Shown here: positions 58,979 through 64,000 of the stretch, piece after piece
Layout: each line of letters starts with the position of its first letter
Position numbering within the stretch: position 1 is the first letter of the stretch
Assembly (NCBI GenBank): GCA_003212795.1
Contig: QCOV01000004.1
Location: 11,762-75,761, forward strand
Reading direction: 5' to 3'
Origin: OCS116 cluster bacterium AG-435-F03
Lineage (GTDB): Bacteria > Pseudomonadota > Alphaproteobacteria > MED-G09
DNA length: 64,000 nucleotides
Notes under the pieces: generated by a model
Told to the model about the DNA's origin: nothing
The model's database searches: none
Seen by the model: only the letters and a program-made list of their open reading frames with translations
Program-made: the position numbers and the translations under genes

Positions 58979-60316
58979 CTATTTTCTCTTTAATCTTTCC
59001 ATTACTTTATTATAGCCCATTAATAAAATAAGTTTATTTAATTCTGGTCCATTTGTTTTTCCTGTTAAAGCAATTCTTATTGGCATAAACAATTCTTTAC
59101 CCTTTTTTTGTGTTTTTTCTTTTAATCTTAATATCCATTCATCCCATGTTTTTGAGTCCCAAGGTTCATTAGGTAAAAGATCCTGAGCAATAGTTAAATA
59201 ATTTTCTTCTAAATTAAAATCACCTTCAATTGGTTCATTTAAGATTTTGATCCAATCATTAACCTCTGATAAAGTTGAGATATTTTGTTTAATACAATCC
59301 CAAAATTCTGCATCCAAAAAATCATTTTTATCTTTAAGAAGCAGAGATATTTTTTCAAAATCGTAATTAGAAATTAATTGCGAATTAAGTTTATCTAGCT
59401 GATTATTGCTATAACGAGCAGGTGATTTACTAAGTGAACTAATTTCAAATTTATCAGCTAAAAGATCTAATGATTCAAAAGCTTCAATATCAACTGAACT
59501 ACCTATAGACGCATTAAGAGAATTGACTGCATTAGGATCAATATCTTTTTCTTTAAGCTGTTCAATTGAAGCCGCTGCATTTCTTTTTGAAAAAGGTTCA
59601 CCATTCTCTGAAACCAGTAAAGAATTATGTCCAAAAAGAGGTATGTTTGAATTAAGGGCATTAAATATTTCAATTTGTATTCCAGAATTTGTAATATGAT
59701 CTTCCCCTCTAATTATATGAGTTATATTCATATCAATATCATCAACAACGCTTGGCAGATTATATAGATAATCACCATCTTCTCTTTTTATAACAGGATC
59801 AGACTGGGCTGCTAGATCAACACTTACATCCCCCCTAATTAAATCTTTAAATTTAATTTTTTTACTTGAAAGCTTAAATCGCCAATATGGTTTTTTTCCA
59901 GAATCCAATAATGATTTTATTTCATCTTGTTTAAGTTTTAAGGCAGCTCGATCGTAAACAGGTGGCATCCTTCTTGTAATTAATCTTTTTCTTTTTTTAT
60001 CTAATTCATCGGGCGTTTCAAAACAAGGATAAATTAAATCTTTAGCTTTCAGAATATCAAATGCCTTATCATAAAGTGTAATTCTATTTGATTGCTGATA
60101 ACATTCATCATAATTCAAGCCAAGCCAACTAAGATCCTCTTTAATGCTATCTATATATTTATCCTTACTTCTCTCTTGATCAGTATCATCAATTCTTAAA
60201 ATAAACTTTCCATTACTTTTTTTTGAAACCAAAAAATTAAGCAATGCAGTCCTTACATTCCCTACATGAAGTAAGCCCGAAGGACTAGGAGCAAATCTTG
60301 TTACTGAATTATTCAA
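58979..60316 (-). CDS. gltX: Glutamate--tRNA ligase
   Basis: RFAPSPSG, HVGN (HIGH), RGEDH, FSKR (KMSKS). Confidence 0.95.
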   Translation of the reverse strand: MNNSVTRFAPSPSGLLHVGNVRTALLNFLVSKKSNGKFILRIDDTDQERSKDKYIDSIKEDLSWLGLNYDECYQQSNRITLYDKAFDILKAKDLIYPCFETPDELDKKRKRLITRRMPPVYDRAALKLKQDEIKSLLDSGKKPYWRFKLSSKKIKFKDLIRGDVSVDLAAQSDPVIKREDGDYLYNLPSVVDDIDMNITHIIRGEDHITNSGIQIEIFNALNSNIPLFGHNSLLVSENGEPFSKRNAAASIEQLKEKDIDPNAVNSLNASIGSSVDIEAFESLDLLADKFEISSLSKSPARYSNNQLDKLNSQLISNYDFEKISLLLKDKNDFLDAEFWDCIKQNISTLSEVNDWIKILNEPIEGDFNLEENYLTIAQDLLPNEPWDSKTWDEWILRLKEKTQKKGKELFMPIRIALTGKTNGPELNKLILLMGYNKVMERLKRK

Positions 60317-61958
60317 TTTTATCTCTAAATTTATTGGTTATTGGATATCTTCTATCTCTTCCAAAGTTTCTTAAACTAATTTTAACCCCTGGAGCAGATT
60401 GTCTTCTTTTGTATTCTGATACATATAATAAATTCTCAACCTTTTTAATTTCTTCTCTAGAAAATCCTTTTTTCTCAAGCTCACTTGTACTTAATTCATA
60501 TTCGACTAAACCTTCTAAAATTTGATCCAATTCATCATAAGGAGGAAGTGAATCTGAGTCTTTTTGATTGTCTCTAAGCTCAGCAGTTGGTTCTTTACTT
60601 ATTATAGATGCAGGTATGACATCTTTCTTATCTAATAATATATTATTTGGGAGATTGATATTTCGCCAATTGGCTAGAGCATATAATTCTGTCTTATAAA
60701 TATCTTTTATAGGATTAAATCCTCCATTCATATCTCCATACAAAGTGGAATAACCAACTGAAACTTCTGATTTATTTCCAGTCGTTATTAGCATCTTTCC
60801 TTTCTTATTCGATATGGCCATCAATATTGTGCCTCTTATTCTTGATTGTAAATTTTCTTCTGTAATGTCATTTGGCAAACCCTTAAATGAAGTCTTTAAA
60901 GACTCTTCAAGAGATAGAAAAGTATCGCTTATCGGTATAGTTTCTAAATTAATTTCTAATCTATTTGCACAATCCTCAGCATCAATCGTGCTATTTTCAG
61001 ATGTATAATTTGAAGGCAACATATAGGCTTCAACCTTATCTTTACCAAGAGCATCAACGGCTACAGCAGCACAAAATGCAGAGTCTATACCACCAGACAA
61101 ACCTAAAATAACTCCAGGAAAATTATTTTTACTTACATAATCTCTCAGACCAATAACTGTTGCCATATATATATTTTCTAAATCAGAAAATTTGAATTCA
61201 TTAAAAGATAGATTATTAAATTTTTTTTCTTTTTCATTAAACTCAATAACAGCATTATGCTCTTGCCATGGAGGAGCTTCATATATTATCTCTTTATCTC
61301 CATTCATTATAAGGCTACTTCCATCAAAAACCAATTCATCCTGACCTCCGACTTGATTAATATACACAAATGGAAGTCCAATCTCAGATACTCTATCTTC
61401 TATAATTGTTTTTCTCTGATTAATTTTATATTTATCAAAAGGAGATCCATTTGGAGAAACGATCAATTCGCAACCTTGATTCTTAAGCTCTAAACAAACA
61501 TTGTCCTGCCAAATATCTTCACAAATTGGAACTCCTAACTTAAGTCCTCTAAATTCAAATACTTTTGGAATATCATTTTGATGAAAAACACGTTTTTCAT
61601 CAAAAACGCTATAATTTGGTAAATTAATTTTTTTAGAAAAACCAATCAACTTACCTTCATCTACAATTGCTGCAGCATTAAATAGATTGTTTTTCTCATA
61701 TATTGGCAGACCGACAATTAAACCTACTTTTTTTGTTTTTGAATAATTTATTAATGTATCTAAAGCATTTCTGCATTCTTCAACAAATGACTTTTTTAAA
61801 ACTAAATCCTCAGGAGGATAACCAGATAAGAATAGTTCAGAAAAAACAACCAGATCAGAATTTAATTCTTCTGCTTGATCAAGAATATCGATAGCTCTTT
61901 TAAGATTACCGTCGATGTCTCCAACAATGTTATTTATTTGTGCTAAAAATAATTTCAT
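60309..61958 (-). CDS. nadE: Glutamine-dependent NAD+ synthetase
   Basis: Nitrilase domain (ELFLSGY, ICEDIW) plus SGGIDS, ENLQSRIRG, TGNKSE, SEYKRRQ. Confidence 0.95.
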   Translation of the reverse strand: MKLFLAQINNIVGDIDGNLKRAIDILDQAEELNSDLVVFSELFLSGYPPEDLVLKKSFVEECRNALDTLINYSKTKKVGLIVGLPIYEKNNLFNAAAIVDEGKLIGFSKKINLPNYSVFDEKRVFHQNDIPKVFEFRGLKLGVPICEDIWQDNVCLELKNQGCELIVSPNGSPFDKYKINQRKTIIEDRVSEIGLPFVYINQVGGQDELVFDGSSLIMNGDKEIIYEAPPWQEHNAVIEFNEKEKKFNNLSFNEFKFSDLENIYMATVIGLRDYVSKNNFPGVILGLSGGIDSAFCAAVAVDALGKDKVEAYMLPSNYTSENSTIDAEDCANRLEINLETIPISDTFLSLEESLKTSFKGLPNDITEENLQSRIRGTILMAISNKKGKMLITTGNKSEVSVGYSTLYGDMNGGFNPIKDIYKTELYALANWRNINLPNNILLDKKDVIPASIISKEPTAELRDNQKDSDSLPPYDELDQILEGLVEYELSTSELEKKGFSREEIKKVENLLYVSEYKRRQSAPGVKISLRNFGRDRRYPITNKFRDKIE

Positions 61959-62058
61959 TTTTCTAAAATTTAATATTTATCATAAGTTTAAACAAGTTTG
62001 CTTATTTATTATAACATTATATATACTTATCAATATCTATATCCAAGAGGAGTTGATT

Positions 62059-63069
62059 ATGAGTAGCAATAGAAGTAAAGAAATTCATTTAGCTAATAGA
62101 CCAACTGGATTTCCTGACGATACAAATTTTATAGTTAAAGAAGTTGATTTAACTGATCCAAACACTGACGAAGTATTAGTAAAAAATTTATGGATGTCTG
62201 TTGATCCTTATATGAGAGGACGAATGATTGACAGAAAGAGTTATGTTCCCCCTTTTCAAATAGATCAAGTTCTTGAAGGTGGGGCTATTGGTATCGTTGA
62301 AAAATCTAATTCTAGTAACCTAAATGAAGGTGATTATGTAATGTCAAATTACGGTTGGAGAGAGTATTTTGTTACGAATGAAAATAACTTAAAAGTTATA
62401 AATCCAGAATTCGGTCCTATTCAAGCTTATTTAGGGGCTCTTGGAATGCCAGGTTTAACTGCATATGCCGGTCTACTCGAAGTTGGTAAATTACAAGATG
62501 GAGAAAATGTTTTGGTTTCTGCAGCTGCAGGTGCTGTTGGATCTGTAGTATGTCAAATAGCTAAAGCAAAGGGTTGTAAAGTCTACGGAACATCAGGTTC
62601 AGATGAAAAATGTAGATGGCTTGAAAAAGAGTTAGGTATAGATAAAGCAATAAATTATAAAAAAGTAGATAATCTTATATCGGAATATAGGTCTCAAATA
62701 ACTGATGGAATAGATGTTTATTTTGAAAATGTTGGCGGTGATCATCTTGAGGCAGCAATTAATATTTTAAATGTTGGCGGCAGAATTGCTCTTTGCGGAA
62801 TGATTGACCAATATAATGATGAGGCCGTAAGAAGTGGACCACCTAACTTGATGATGTTAATTATGAAAAATGCGAGTATGGAAGGTTTCATTGTTTCAAA
62901 GTATAATCATCTTCAAGAACAATTCTTAAATGATATGAAGGGTTGGATCGATTCTGGTAATTTATCTTGGAAAGAGACAGTGGTTGAAGGCATTGATAAT
63001 GCTCCTAAAGCTTTTATAAATTTATTTTCAGGAAAAAATACTGGTAAAATGCTTGTAAAAATATCATAA
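62059..63069 (+). CDS. NADP-dependent oxidoreductase (CurA/prostaglandin reductase-like MDR)
   Basis: SVDPYMRGRM, LGMPGLTAY, SAAAGAVGS, YFENVGG; GAGGAG SD before ATG 62059. Confidence 0.9.
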   Translation: MSSNRSKEIHLANRPTGFPDDTNFIVKEVDLTDPNTDEVLVKNLWMSVDPYMRGRMIDRKSYVPPFQIDQVLEGGAIGIVEKSNSSNLNEGDYVMSNYGWREYFVTNENNLKVINPEFGPIQAYLGALGMPGLTAYAGLLEVGKLQDGENVLVSAAAGAVGSVVCQIAKAKGCKVYGTSGSDEKCRWLEKELGIDKAINYKKVDNLISEYRSQITDGIDVYFENVGGDHLEAAINILNVGGRIALCGMIDQYNDEAVRSGPPNLMMLIMKNASMEGFIVSKYNHLQEQFLNDMKGWIDSGNLSWKETVVEGIDNAPKAFINLFSGKNTGKMLVKIS

Positions 63070-63076
63070 GACAAAA

Positions 63077-63499
63077 ATGAGTGATTTAAAAATTGAAGAT
63101 TTAATTACCGATTTTGAATTTTTTGATAATTGGGAAGACAAATACAAATATATTATCGAATTAGGTAAAAACTGTCCCTCATTAAATGAAAATGAAAAAA
63201 ATAATGATAATAAGGTTGATGGTTGCGCAAGCCAAGTCTGGTTAATTACTAAAAAAGAAAAGCTAAATGATAAAATTATCCTTAAATTTAAGGGAGACTC
63301 AGATGCTTTAATAGTAAAAGGTTTGGTTGTTATTCTTTTCAGTATTTTTTCGGAAAAGTCACCAGATGAAATTATTAAAATCGATGCCTTTGAGAAATTG
63401 AGAAATCTTGATCTCGAGAGAAATCTAACTATGCAAAGATCAAACGGATTATCATCTATGGTAAAAAGGATTAAAGAAGAAGCTCAAAAATACATCTAG
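63077..63499 (+). CDS. sufE: Fe-S cluster sulfur acceptor SufE
   Basis: WEDKYKYIIELG, VDGCASQVW, DSDALIVKG, RSNGL. Confidence 0.93.
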   Translation: MSDLKIEDLITDFEFFDNWEDKYKYIIELGKNCPSLNENEKNNDNKVDGCASQVWLITKKEKLNDKIILKFKGDSDALIVKGLVVILFSIFSEKSPDEIIKIDAFEKLRNLDLERNLTMQRSNGLSSMVKRIKEEAQKYI

Positions 63500-63501
63500 A
63501 T

Positions 63502-64000
63502 ATGACTAAAAATTTTTTATATTACATGATTGGTCAGGGATCATGGTTTCTTTCACAAGGCCTTCAAATGGTTCTTTTTCCTACAATTCTAGTCTTAATG
63601 CTTAATGTTTCACCAGCTTTCTATGGATTGGCACAAGTATCTATTCTTGCCCCTTCAATTTTCTTAATTGTATTAGGGGGAGCAATTGCAGATAGGGTTG
63701 ATACAAGAAGATTGCTTGGAATTATCCACCTTTTAGCTACCTTACCTTTATTCCTTATATTATTTGGACTTAATTATAGCTTTCTTTCTTTTCAAATTAT
63801 GATTTTGTATGGTCTAACGACTGGAACAGCTCAAGCCTTTGCTCTTCCAGCGAGAGATAGCTTGCTTAACAAAGTTGCTGATGGGAATATTCAAAAAACT
63901 GTAATAACAGCTATGCTTATTCAATTCATTTGCCAATTAAGCGGGATGAGTATGGGTGGTTTAGCAGATGAGTGGGGGATTTTTCCTCTTGTTATTATGC
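63502..64000 (+). CDS. MFS transporter, 3'-truncated (not in the supplied ORF track)
   Basis: Manual translation MTKNFLYYMIGQGSWFLSQGLQMVLFP...LGGAIADRVDTRR (MFS motif A). Confidence 0.85.
   Translation, partial: MTKNFLYYMIGQGSWFLSQGLQMVLFPTILVLMLNVSPAFYGLAQVSILAPSIFLIVLGGAIADRVDTRRLLGIIHLLATLPLFLILFGLNYSFLSFQIMILYGLTTGTAQAFALPARDSLLNKVADGNIQKTVITAMLIQFICQLSGMSMGGLADEWGIFPLVIM

Noticed and set aside
61915..62058. N-terminal extension of the CurA-like ORF
   Set aside because: Overlaps the divergent nadE start; a strong SD supports ATG 62059

Overview
AT-rich bacterial chromosome segment (about 30% GC by eye, not computed). The core genes (guaA, guaB, rlmE, gltX, nadE, cimA, sufE) look alphaproteobacterial, and the tight gene packing suggests a streamlined, probably marine, genome (inference). 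Positions ~1-37,300 are an accessory-looking catabolic/detoxification region: epoxide hydrolase, haloalkane dehalogenase, four glutathione-transferase-fold genes, SDR/MDR oxidoreductases, two GPH-family MFS transporters, a PQQ sugar dehydrogenase-cytochrome c fusion, a Tat-exported aminotransferase, and a His/acid-repeat ZnuD-like TonB-dependent receptor preceded by a His/CxxC/RGPP leader peptide. Positions ~40,300-64,000 are housekeeping genes plus a TtpC-type TonB operon and an RND efflux pair. The most striking feature is at the guaA 3' end. Four direct copies of the guaA terminal sequence (core GAGTGGG, usually flanked by short inverted repeats) separate three consecutive single-gene modules of 302, 658 and 1457 bp: a small membrane protein, an orphan PD-(D/E)xK nuclease and a TPR-methyltransferase. 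IHF-like and arm-type sites are present but no integrase is in the window, so this resembles a tandem, integron-like cassette array at guaA. No rRNA, tRNA, CRISPR array or transposase was seen.
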